Assembly: GCA_002633005.1 (NCBI GenBank)
Contig: NMRA01000081.1
Location: 1,016,428-1,080,427, forward strand
Length of the DNA: 64,000 bases
Source: Phoronis australis
Taxonomy: Eukaryota > Animalia > Phoronida
Direction of reading: 5' to 3'
The notes beneath the pieces were generated by a model that saw only the letters and a list, made by a program, of their open reading frames with translations, made no database searches and was not told where the DNA came from. Both the position numbers and the translations under genes were made by a program. Shown piece after piece: positions 27,501 through 38,900 of this stretch. Position 1 is the first letter of the stretch. The number at the start of each line of letters is the position of its first letter.

Positions 27501-30500
27501 TTGACAGGGCTTTGCATTGATATTTTCCCAAGAGCAAACTGAGTGCATGTAAATAATGTGAAGCCAAAAATTCCCTCGAAGTAGTCTTGTGTGAAATAAG
27601 TGAGTGCCAAAGTAATAATTCTTGATGAGCAAAATGAGGTGAGTATGCTAATCAGGGACGGGTCCAGGATTTTGAGTTGGGGGGGGGGTCAGGGCAGAGT
27701 ATTAGCCAGTGTTCTGCCTGTCAAACATTTGCACCCTCGAACTGCCAAATGGAATATGGGAGAATTTTAGGGGGGGGGGGGGGNNNNNNNNNNNNNNNNN
27801 NNNNNNNNNNNNNNNNNNNACCCCGCCACTGCTAATTAAGTGTAGAATTACCGTAACAAACTTTTAAAACAAAAAAGCTCCACGTCCAAGACTATAGAAG
27901 GGTAACAGCTGGAATAACTTGACTTCAAAATGTGACATTACACAAGGCAATCAATGTCAAACAAGAGTGGATCTTTAGGGAGACTTAAGATCAATACTTA
28001 AGAATTACACTCCAGGGACTCCACCAAATACTGTGTGTAGAAATTATATCTGGCTAATGTATAGCTCCCGTCAATTAACTCATCGTGGAAGCTATAATTT
28101 CATTAGTAAACCAACTTAAGATAGATGTTTTAGTACATTATTTTGATAATTAAGTCCTGCTTATATTCAGAAATGGTCAGCCAAATTAACATACGACAAA
28201 TTGGAAAACTTTTGAACACAAAAATGAGAAGTCTGTTAGCCTGCCATCATCGAAAAAAGAATAAGATCAATGCTGAGCATTGAAATGTGCCCACAACCGC
28301 ACAACGAACAATATGCTACTAGGGGTGTTTACTAGAATCATAAAATGTCCATTAGATGGCGCCAAATAGGTTGAACCTGGGAAGGCCACATTGTCTCTCT
28401 AATAAAATACAATTTGTCAAATTTTATGAAAATCTGTCAAGGAACTACACACACACAGATGCAAACATGAAAAAACATACTGACAAATAGGAGGCACAGT
28501 GATAGTCGGATTCGTCCATCTTGTGTCAAATTATTAGAAAATACACTTGCCAAATTTCCAAACAATCTTACAATGGGTTCAGGAGATACAGTGAAGCAAA
28601 TGCAAAAAAAATGTCACTAAAGGGGCACTGCAGTAGTTAGACTTGTCTCAAAATGCAGGTCAGCTGTGTCCTTGACAATAGTACATCTGACACAAAAATA
28701 ATAAAAATGGCCAGTAAGTGGGACAGAATACGTCAAATCATGAAAAAATGGCATAAACGTCATGCATAAAAGCTTGTTCACCTAATTTCATGAAAAACCA
28801 TCAAGGAATTCTGAAGATACAGAGGCAAATTAATGAAATGTAATTAACATTCTCAAAGGGGTTAAAGAGATACAGCAGCAGACAGATATGACTGCAATAT
28901 GCACGTCCCACATTGTACTAGTACATGAGCCCAAGGTGCTATATGACTTAGAAACATACAGTTGTAACCAACAAACCTTTGCTCTTTAAAACATTGGCAA
29001 ACTTGCACACTTGCTTCAGCAAACCGCTGTAAGTAATCTCCCCATGGTCATCGTGAGGGTCATTCCCTTCCCTAAAAGAAATTGACAAATCATTTTACCC
29101 ATTATGTTATGGTTATAGGTGACGCACAAAGTGGCATGACTGTACTCTCTCGGCAAGCTTAAAAATGAAATTCATGAAAATTATAAATTCAAGGGCAGAA
29201 AATGACTCAACGGCTATGCCTTGCCAAATTAAAGCCAGGCACCAGATTTCTCACCTAGATGCTGGTTTAAAGAATCGACACTAGAATTTTAATGCGCTGT
29301 TATGGAATTTATTTTCATCAGCAACTCTTCTTCATTTTAAATACATGCTCAACGAAGCATGAACATCCGGCGTTTTAGAGAAAATTGTCAACATAACATT
29401 TACGATAGAGCCTGAAAACCACTACACCCATCAATGTAATGACCTTAAAGCCATTGCGGATGAGAACATTTTGTTAAAATCCTAGATTTAACAAAGAGTC
29501 GTTTAACCATGAAGAAGTTTTATAAACAACATGCTTTTTGGTAATATTATAATCATGATACATTATCATTATATGAGAAGAAATTCAATATCATTGAAAA
29601 CTGCAGAAACTGGTTCTTGCATGCCAAAATGGATGAAGAAATGTTAATTCACTGAAAATGCTATAAATAGTGTTATATAACTCCAACACTGACCACCAAA
29701 ATAAATTGCTTATCCTTTCTAAAGTTAACAGTAACAAGGAATATACTTATTAGTATTTAAAGTGCTTTAACTGCATTTGATATTCTGGAGCCAGTCAAAA
29801 ATCAGGATTTGTGGTCATAAGTTTTTGGCATATCAGTTATGACATTTGCTGGGTAAATTTTGGTGATAAATTCTGACAGCCTGGTATCCTGTTAATCCAT
29901 ACAGACATCTTCAGTTCAATGCAATGCTTAAGTTTGAAGTCAGAAGCCTCCAAAATCTGAAAAATCACAGTTTCAACTTGCGAGGCCTAAAATGGGCGTG
30001 GCACCCAATATTATACAGGGCAATATCTCAGAGAGCCTTTGACGCAGGCCAATTAAATTTTGCAGATAAACATTGTGTATCATTAACATCTCAGTGAATT
30101 TTCATCCTATTCTGAGAAAGTAACCAGACACCCTCTATGGAATGACCCTATTATTCAGTGAATGAAACTGGTTCTCTAAATCAGGGACTTCTATATCCCA
30201 CAAGCTAGTGTTCAATAACATCATAGATTACAGAAAAAAAATTCACAACTCCGACACTTTCTTACGAAATATCCTAGAGGAGGCACCACCCTCCTAAATT
30301 ACCAATTTCAGTTTCTGGTTAGTGTATTGTGAGGGGAAATTCTTTCATCTATTTTATTGTCTAGTTCAACAAACAAAAAATTTTGACATTGAAACGCTGT
30401 TGAAAGTCTTCTAATAGTAGAACCGTTGGTGTTGTGATGACAATGTTACTGGTCATGTAATTGCAAAATTCAAACTTCATTACTGTGGAAACTTAGTCCT

Positions 30501-32667
30501 TTACATTTCGCTAAGACAAACATCTGACAACACAACAGCTGACCATGATTAGCAAACGACGTACTTGTCGGAAGTAAAACTTGCTAATTTTGCCAGGTGT
30601 TGCTAGTGAATAATGATAAAGTGAATAATAAGATCACAGATTTCATCCATTGAAAATACAATTATGAAGTTGGCAGTCCATGTACCGTACTCGTCCGGGT
30701 TACCGCCCAGGGCGCTAAAATTGGGAATCTAAAAAACAGGGGGTGGACGGTAAGCTGAGCATGGGAGGTTAAAATCAAAATTTTTGAAAAGTCAGGAGTG
30801 GGTGCTTACTGCAAGGAGGACCAATTTTACCATCACGGAGCTACACTGACGGACTTCAAGCATAGCAGTTCAAATATATGTCGGTGGATTAAAGAAACGG
30901 ACTTTGTCTCCCTGAAGTGGAATAGTGCACACAACACAGTGGCGCCGTGATCCCAAGCGTGATTGGGTATTTTACGTACCTCAGTCGCTTCTCGTCATCT
31001 CTTAGAACTAAGGTATTCCTACAGGTAGGCGTGTGTTCAGTAAGGCAAGTTTCTTGAGAGAAAAGGCAGATCAAGACTCTACTATTGTGCTGCGTATTTA
31101 TAACGGAAGCACCTGATTTTGTAGATTTGCTCCCCGCTAGACACTTTGGCAACCAAAACACGTGCTAATGATTGACAGGTCTCAGTTCTTTTAAGAACAT
31201 TAAAATGCTTTAAACCTAGTTTCAAAAATGAAACATTTAATTTACATTTCTTTCTGAGATGCTCAAAGCATGTGCTCAACAATCAAACTATACTACTATT
31301 AAGCAATAGGGGGTGCTAAGTCGGCTGCAAAAATTAATAAAGCAAAAACACATCGTGTAAAAAGAGATCAGGGAAATCAAGAGTTCAAAAACTTATGTTT
31401 TTGACCACGTGGATATGGATAGTATTTTCGAATTGTGCTTAATTACAATTTGATTTCTTGCGCTGTTGCTTTTGCCCGGTTGGGCGCTTCCATTTTGGTT
31501 GGGCACTTTCATTTCGGTGTCGGGAGTGAGTCATTAAATATGTGCGTTTAACCAAGGCAGGGAACAGCAAGACAAGTTGGCTTGTCACAATAACTTGTGT
31601 TTGCTTATATTCAAAGCAATGCCTCCAAAATAATGTTGGTGTGCTCGTGTACTGTCACGGCACTCATGGCCAGAAAGATAGGCTAAGGACTTGAAATTCC
31701 AGTCAGGTACCACTTTGCTGGTTCTTCCATGGCAATGAAATACATTTGACAAGCTCTGTCTCAGTGATCAGTAAATGCTGACACGAGTTCCGCGCGTGAG
31801 CCACAGGAAATAATTGTATCTCCTTCAGTAAAGTGCATGATACTACGGGTATTTTACCGCCATAGTAAGGCAAGGTCCCCGTTCCGCTAAAACTGATTGG
31901 TTGTCACTGGAAGGTAAACGAGTTGCGCACGTTTTGGAATCTTAGTTTTGTGCCACGAACATTCACAGAAGCACAGACACTTTTAGGGAAGTCTCGATCA
32001 CGAAAAAGTGGGGGTGGGCGGTAAGCAGAGCATGGGCGCTTAAAAATAAAAAATTGAAAATTTTGGAGTGGGCAGTAAGCCGAACATGGGCGGTAACCCG
32101 GACGGGTACAGTACTATAGTCGCCTAGTCGGATATAATAGACCCTGATTAAGAGAACCAGTTTCATCCACTAAATAACGGCCGTTATTTAGTGATTGCCT
32201 GGTTCTCTAAGTCAGGGTCCATTATATCCGACTAGTGCCCTATAGTCTATGATAACATAAACAACAACAAAGAATTCATGGATCAAAATCCTTAAGCAAA
32301 TAACATTGGCAAGCTGGAATTTTATATAATTCAAGTAAACACACCAATAAAATGCAACTTTACTCCCTAAACCACGCTCAATGTTACGATCCAGCATGTT
32401 GTAGCACATATTAGTGACAGCCCCTTTCATCCACTGGATATATATGGGGCCTTTTGAATGGTCGAAGTTGTAGTCTAAGAACTCGCCGGTCGGCTGCGAT
32501 TTCCAATAAAAGTCCTTTGCAATTTCACCCCAAAATTTAGAGGGATTTTCTACCGACTCTTTGTACATTTCTTCGTACTGTTGCATCGACTTGACAAGAG
32601 CATTTTGCTGTATTTCATTGTTCGGCTCGAAGACCTCAGTCGTATCGTGTTGATCGAAGTCGGCCAT
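3592..32667 (-). CDS. ACSS2: Acetyl-CoA synthetase, cytoplasmic/nuclear type (ACSS2-like), 15 exons, ~692 aa
   Basis: Exons (minus strand): 32345-32667, 28977-29071, 23863-23966, 16210-16282, 14986-15061, 13713-13848, 13015-13133, 12428-12620, 11422-11555, 10782-10914, 9894-9950, 7504-7584, 6187-6295, 5456-5701, 3592-3791. All introns are GT-AG with compatible phases, total 2079 nt. Motifs: [11 protein letters not shown] (AMP-binding), [25 protein letters not shown] and [11 protein letters not shown] (catalytic, acetylated Lys). No mitochondrial presequence, and an ACSS2-type insertion containing PAKRP. Confidence 0.95.
6137..6212 (-). repeat. 43-bp tandem duplication of ACSS2 exon 13 3' end plus donor site
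   Basis: GCCTTACCATCACC.GTA.AGTAGTATCCCT starts at 6137 and 6180. Both copies carry GATG|GTAAGG on the minus strand. Confidence 0.9.
10190..10310 (-). mobile_element. Decayed SINE-like fragment
   Basis: GGGATGCCAGTCCATCACAG and GTTAAGTGTCTTG resemble reverse-complemented conserved segments of aquatic tRNA-derived SINEs. Recognised from memory, not aligned. Confidence 0.35.
12878..13050 (-). repeat. Degenerate 41-bp repeats copying ACSS2 exon 7 3' end plus donor
   Basis: ATTACGTGGTGTATAACATAAATATAGTGTCCTCAGC (12878) and ATTAAATGATGTATAACATATACAGAGGGTCC (12919) match the true junction ATTACCTGGTGTACAACATAAATAGAGGATCCTCAGC (13010). Confidence 0.8.
15470..15559. repeat. Perfect 44-bp tandem duplication (intronic)
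   Basis: GCACAATCTACTTCATAAAAATAATAACTTCTCAACTTTGAAGA at 15470 and 15514. Confidence 0.9.
17738..17810 (-). pseudogene. tRNA-like sequence (tRNA pseudogene or SINE head)
   Basis: Minus strand has an A-box TGGTGTAGTGG and a B-box GGTTCGAATCC at tRNA spacing, plus a partial acceptor stem. Anticodon and T stems pair poorly, so it is probably not a functional tRNA. Confidence 0.6.
18810..19475. mobile_element. Decayed non-autonomous DNA element with GGCGAC/GGTGACC motifs; related fragment at ~23250-23402
   Basis: GACCTCAGAT...GG(T/C)GACCTG...ACTTGGC...AAGCTAAGC is shared between 19395-19475 and 23307-23402. Boundaries are approximate. Confidence 0.4.
19676..21471. mobile_element. Non-autonomous Tc1/mariner-superfamily (Tc2/pogo-like) element, ~1.8 kb
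   Basis: Perfect inverted ends TACCGTAAACGTTCGGGTTAACGCCC / GGGCGTTAACCCGAACGTTTACGGTA, including a TA target duplication. GGGTGGGCGGTTAACC..TGGGCGCTTA subterminal motifs are repeated at both ends. No transposase ORF. Confidence 0.9.
22445..22790. repeat. Minisatellite, ~30-bp unit CTTGATACTTGTCAACATATCACACAAGTGC
   Basis: About ten degenerate tandem copies in ACSS2 intron 3. Confidence 0.85.
24203..24614. mobile_element. PIF/Harbinger-like MITE (~410 bp)
   Basis: ~55-bp imperfect TIRs (..CCGGTTG...AAACAGTCCCAAATAGG.ACTCAA.TAA..TCCCTAAATCT and its reverse complement), flanked by a CAG 3-bp duplication. Confidence 0.8.
25944..27439. mobile_element. Possible Kolobok-like non-autonomous element with internal tandem repeat (26245-26405)
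   Basis: TTAA flanks at 25940-25943 and 27440-27443. Degenerate TIR GAAGGCAACCATTTT / AAAACGATTGCCTTC. Internal ACTGTTCACAC..GGGTG.CA repeats. Confidence 0.45.
27653..27831. mobile_element. Short poly-G MITE spanning an assembly gap (N 27784-27819)
   Basis: Ends CAGGGACGGGT.. / ..ACCCCGCCACTG are imperfect inverted repeats, and CTAAT is duplicated on both flanks. Confidence 0.5.
30683..32113. mobile_element. Non-autonomous Tc2/pogo-like element, ~1.4 kb, related to 19676-21471
   Basis: TACCGTACTCGTCCGGGTTACCGCCC / GGGCGGTAACCCGGACGGGTACAGTA (2 mismatches), TA flanks and the same GGGGTGGGCGGTAAG..CATGGGCG subterminal motifs. Confidence 0.85.
32113..32246. repeat. ~134-bp near-perfect palindrome (palindromic MITE-like) in ACSS2 intron 1
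   Basis: Perfect centre CACTAAATAACGGCCGTTATTTAGTG (32168-32193). Arms CTAGTCGGATATAATAGACCCTGATTAAGAGAACCAG / CTGGTTCTCTAAGTCAGGGTCCATTATATCCGACTAG. Confidence 0.9.
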
Positions 32668-32956
32668 TTTTCAAGCTATGTCCGTAGACAATTCTATAAT
32701 TATGAAATAAACAAGAGAGAAATGAACATTTTTAAAGTACCCTAATACAACCAAAAGCGAGATAGTTGACATTTCCACATTTTGTGTTAGTTTTATACAA
32801 TTAATCATGGCAAATTGAAATTATTTTGCAAACAATTTTTGTATTACTGGGTAACACAATGAGAAAAGCATGTTGAATATTCCTAACTTGTAATATTCAC
32901 AAATTATGGTAAATAATGTAAAAATTTGTTTATTATAGTTCTGAATTCTGGTCAAC
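32668..32956. promoter_or_regulatory. Bidirectional promoter/5'UTR interval shared by ACSS2 and NOL10
   Basis: Divergent ATGs at 32667 (-) and 32957 (+) with 289 bp of AT-rich sequence between them. Confidence 0.75.
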
Positions 32957-35900
32957 ATGCAGATTTCAAATCCAAACAACATCAAGATTTACAATTTGAG
33001 TGCCGGAAAGTCTTTACCAGAAGTAAGTATAACGCATCCAGTGTAATACTGTCAGTAGGCTAGTTTAGCCCTCGACCTCGTTAGGTTATCGCCTATTGTA
33101 TTGGCCTCGGCTAGATGGACATTGGCTACAACACTCCCCATCGGTCTCTGTGTTAATATCGTCCCGTGTATTTCAGATGTATTTTCAAATCCGGTCACTG
33201 AATAAGAGGTTTTCATCTTGTCAAAGCGTGCCATGCAGTTGGTCAATTTTTTAGTTTTGAGGTTTGAATACAGGAATTATAGTTATACCCTGGGTCCATG
33301 CGTTAGTGTTTATGACATTGTTGATTGTAAAAATAGGTAGTTCTAAAAACCAAAGATCATATTACATTGTTTTTCAGCCAATTCTAAAATGCTCAATTCA
33401 TGGAATGGGGTGTGCATAACAAACCCACGAGATATGTTCTTTTTCTATCGTGTTTACAACAAAAATATTGTTGTTCCTGGAAATTTAGTGGTTCTTTAGC
33501 ATTTCACCTTATATACTTGAAAGCCAGCACCAATTCAAAATTGACATCAAAGTTTTATTAGCTTCATGGTCGAATGGCGTAGTCTGCAGATGAAAATGGA
33601 TTTGACACAGGTTTGGAGACTAAACACCTTTGACTTTGACCCGTCGTCTGGTGTCTCTTAACATAACGGTTTTGAGTACTGCAATAGCAAAAATGAACGT
33701 ACAATCTTGTAATGGTCTATTGAGTATCGGATGTAGCCGTCAGCAAGGGATCCCCGTGTCCATCTTGCGAAAATATTTTGTTTGCACAAATGTTCAAATT
33801 TAATATCTGTTTCAGTGGCTCTCGGACAGACGGAAGCGATCTTTGCAAAAGTCGGATGTTGGTAAGTCTTATCGGAATAACTAATAGAAAACCAAGGAAA
33901 TGTAACGCATTCGAATTCATGCTATTCTCGCGTCAGAGTGCATATTACCTGTAATATAGGGTCATTGCCTTATGTTCAAATAAGGCTGTACTCCTGTATA
34001 AGCATAGTGTCTTATGCACTAGGTTTTGTTATACCAATTTACTGAACTCATTTGGCACTTAAACTCAAACACCAAGGGTAGAACTTTCGTCTTATCATTA
34101 GTGGTTAAAGTGTTCATGGAATTTTTGAGAAGCGGTCGATTTTGGTTTAACATCCTGGCAGCTTGACATGGACTGTATGTCAGACATCTGAAAGGTGACC
34201 CCTTGGTGTCTATTCAAAGACTTGAGAGGTATTCTTGGTATTCTTGATTTCTTCTGTAATATTGTGTCCCAAATTGAGAAGTTCAGTCCTAGCGTAGTGC
34301 TCTGCAAATAATGCTCCTAACTAACAATGCTTTAAGTTTTCTCTTGAGATGTATTCAGTGTGCGATCATCATGTCTTCTCTATGTTTTCTTTGTTCACAG
34401 ATGTTCAACGGCGAATCGAGCTGCTTCAAGACTTTGAAATGCCAACTGTCAGCAACTGTGTTCAGGTATCCAAGGACAGGCAGTATATTTTTGCTACAGG
34501 TTGGTCAAAGTATATTTCATTTGCTTTGAAATCACCATTGAGTGCATCACCTTGAAGGTGCTGTGTACTTGCATTCTTCTATCAAACACAGTTTGATGTA
34601 GACCTTTTATGAAGCCGGTTTCGCATTGTTCCTTGCTAAGAACAAAAATGATTTCTAGGCTTGAGAAGAACTGATAAGTCATTACTGCTTCAGATCAGTA
34701 TCATTAAGGTGATTGTCATGATGGGTTATTGTCAGTCACCCAAACTGTGAGGTGGTTGCAGTAATCCCAGGTGATTCGTGGGAGCCTATTTTAATTTAAA
34801 CAAGTAAGAAGGCAATGATGTTATTTTGGATGAGCAAATATTCCTTTGGAGTTGGTTTTGACACCATAATGTCATTTACACCAGCTATAACTTGGTGACA
34901 TTGTGAAATTCACTGTTTTGTTCTATTTGCACCAAACTATGTATTGAAAGGCAGTGTGATATAATCACTTAGAATTTATTCATGGTATATGTCATGTTGA
35001 TATGGAGGGTTTATGAAAATTTACAAAAAATGAAATTTCTTTCACTGTGACTTATAAAAGTGATAAATTTTAATTAGTTGTGACACTTATGTTGATCACT
35101 GGTAGTACTTATGTGATTTCCCAATTTCAAACCTTATTGAAATTCAGTCTTGCATATTTATTTCTGTTGGAATTGTGCTTGCTGGTGGAAAGATCAAAAG
35201 TACTTTCTTAAAAATTATCACCTAATAAAAGATACGATTAGAATTATTTTGAGTAAATTTTTCGTTGAAAACTTAAAGATCATAGGCGAACTGTTATAGT
35301 GTCGCTGCCAGTATTGTATGTTGCTATTTTTTGATCAATTTGCAATTTAATGTATTTGTCCCTGTAAAGCACATTTTGTTTATTTCCATGCTTACCAAGG
35401 TGTGTATAAGCCAAGATTCAAGTGTTACGATGTCAACCAGATGTCACTCAAGTTTGAAAGATGCTTCGATGCAACTGTCGTCAAACTCCTCTCACTCTCT
35501 GAAGATTATTCTAAGGTAAGTTGTGTCAAATGAAAAATTGCTTGATTCTCTTTTGTTTCATTTCTAAGAATTTAAATCTTAGGTATTGGAAGTTTGGCAA
35601 GTCACTTAGTGGGTTAAGTGAGTGTTTGCAACTAAGTGGTCAAAAAAGCCTGATTTAGACCTGTTTATACACTCTATGTGGTACAACTATTCATTGTGTT
35701 TATTTGTTGTTTCTGTTTCATGTTACAGTTGATCTTCCTTATGAATGATCGAACAATAGAGTTTCATAGTCAGCATGGTCGCTACTACAGGACACGGATA
35801 CCCAAGTTTGGACGTGATCTGGCTTACCATCAACCATCCTGTGATCTTTACATGGTTGGCGCTAGGTGAGCCTTTGGTTGTCAACTTTAAGCAGATTAAT

Positions 35901-38900
35901 GTTGTTTTGGGCTAGGAGAGAATACTGATTAAGCTGGGCAGTGACATGGAAGTGCTACAGATTGTAATACTGGCCTAGTTGGAATATTACACTACTCCTG
36001 AGATGTTGACTTTCATATATATATGTATAATGCTAATGTACATATTTCATTGAAGACTTGATTTTGATCTGTTTTTACTAGTTTAATTTCAGTTCTTTCC
36101 AACTCTCTAAATAGATATCTTGTCTTTACATCACAACAGTGCAATAAAAATCCAAACGACATCAGTAGGTAACATAATTTAAAGTGATATTTCGAGACAC
36201 ATATCTCATCTTCAGGCTACTATTTACAACTACATCAGAAATGACAAATGCAATATAACACGTGAAGTTGGCATGCGCATGACTGTCACATGATTATTCC
36301 CATGGGTTGTCTTCATGTTTCTTAGTTCAAAAGTGAAAAGCACCAAGTTAGAATGATGGCTCTCAGGAATGTTTGTCAGCTTGTCTCCTGCTGACAGTGA
36401 GTTTAATAATGCTGTTTTCATTTCATTTACAGCTCTGAAATTTACAGACTGAATTTGGAACAAGGAAGGTTTCTCAACTCATTACAGACAAGTGCGACGT
36501 AACTATCTTTTTGTTCTGTATCTCATGTTCACTGGTGATACTGGATGTAATTGCTCTCTTATTGTAGAAACTGAACTTTAAAAGCTTCTTGTTTAAGTGA
36601 AATAACCCTGAAATTATTTGTGGTTTGTTAATTAAAGGAATTATGTGGGAAATTTATTGAAAATTTTAAAGTATGTGGGTTTTGCATTCCACTTCTCTTT
36701 TATAAGATTATCCTCTCTTGAAAAGTACAACTGATTACATACATTGTTTACGTATTATTGAGATACTGAGAGATGCTAATGAATGCTGCCAACAATAACT
36801 GAATAGATTTTAGATTAGTGCTTTAATGCATTTGCAACACGTTTTGATGGAATGTTTTGAACATTTGTAAGAAAATGATGGTACTGAAAGACATCATATA
36901 GAAAAAGCAAATTTTCATGACATACACATAATTGATACGTTATAAGATAGGCTAATCACTCTTGAATGTATTTGGAAATGGTGTACATTCCATTGAAACG
37001 TGTCGCTATTTGAAGCAGTTCCTTTATGTAGGTCATTCTTCGTTCCAGTGGAATCAACTGCTGCCAATTCAACCCAGTTCATCACTTGTTCTCCTGCGGT
37101 ACAACTCAGGTAACAGTCTAATGTTTGTTTGATCTGCGTGCACATTCGACACATGTGGAGTTGGGAACTAATGAGTCTATCTTTGCAGGAATTTGGTATT
37201 GCTTATAATTTTTATCCCTGAAAACCAAATAATCGAGATGTCTTAAATTTATTTTGTTTTAAGGATAATGAACAATATTCAACATCACCTGCATGTGGAC
37301 ATTTTGCTGAGTTTTAGTAAAACATTCAGTGATCATGTTAGTATTTCTGTATATCATTTTTGTACAGTGTTCATGTTTGATTTTTGTTTGAGTAGGGGTA
37401 ATGGTTGCTTATGACGAGCATTCACGAAGGCGCCCAATCTGCCATCTTGCAACTAATTTAAACAATTGTCATTTTATTAAGCTATGTGCAAAACTGTAAT
37501 ATTGTGGCCACAATTACGCGTGCTCATCATGAGTGAACAGTGACTAGTCGCAAGTTACATTATTGGGATGAAGCCTTCTCTTGGTAAGAAAGCAGATTTG
37601 TCACCAGATTTGATGGCAGATCATCAGAAAGCTGATCAGACATCCTGTGACTATTCAAATGTGAGATTTTTGTCACGTGGTTTATCTGCCTTCTGATCAG
37701 ATGGCATATGAATTGTGTTGTAATCAGTCAACAAAATCATTGCAATTTTGTTGATGGACATTTCAGGGCCATATAGAAAGCTGGGACCCTCGAAGTAGGA
37801 GCTGTGTTGGCAAACTAGATTGTGCAATAAATACGTACATTGAAGACTTGGAGTAAGTATACAGCATTAATTAATGAATAGTAAAACAGTGATGGAGAAG
37901 CTATCATGGAGATATAGATGAGTTAAATGAAAAATAGACAAATTATGTTTTTGGCATAACTTTTTATTCTACTGTGGACCATACTATGGACCAGAGAAAC
38001 ACTAATTTATGGAGTAATGTAGTGGACATCTTTGGGAATTAAATCAAACTGGACAAATTGCCTTCACATGCATGTAATCTGTGCTAGTGTGATGACTGCA
38101 GCAACATGTGAACTGTGTGCTCACACTGTTAGTGTCGTGACAGTAGGAGCGTTTGAAATGTGTACTCACTCTCGTCCTTATTCCTATTCACTTTTGGCGT
38201 TTGCTAATTTTTTCAAATACATTTCATAGCTGCAGACTTAACATTTCTCGTTCTGCAGGGTCACTGGTGTTCCTGCTGTCACGTCCGTCAAGTATAAAGA
38301 TGCTCTGACCATGGCCGTGGGTACTAGCACTGGACAGGTAGGCCAAGGCTAGTTATATACTGAGTCGGGGGCCTTGTGCTGACATATAGACCCAGCTTGG
38401 TATGCAGTTACTGCTTTTTACGTCACAGGACAAAACGATGACAGTGCATTCCGGCACTGTGACATGTCAACAGCCTTCAAGACTACCTTGTACAGGGTTT
38501 GCTATTTGATATCTATTTAGCTAACAAAATAGTCCTAGCAAAGCCATAGCAAAATATTAGAAACCGTGAGTTTAATGACTCGAATGCATGCCCGTCAAAT
38601 GATTGGTGTAGTTGCCTTTGCGTGGCATATTGCGTCACCATGAGAATCCTGCCAACAGCTGTTGTATTGGAATAAGGGACTGTATAGAAAGGTGATTCTC
38701 CTTTTTAGTTAGACAAAAGCAAGCCAATAAGCCTAACAGTTCATTGCATTTGCCAATTTATGGCACTGTTGGGCTCAGAGCAATACTCTTAACGTGCTGC
38801 AGGAACCAGTGTTACCGTTAAACTTAAATCAGCCTTAAATGAATTTTATGCCTTGTTGCATTTCAGTGAAAATGACTTTTAAATAATGAAACATTAATTT

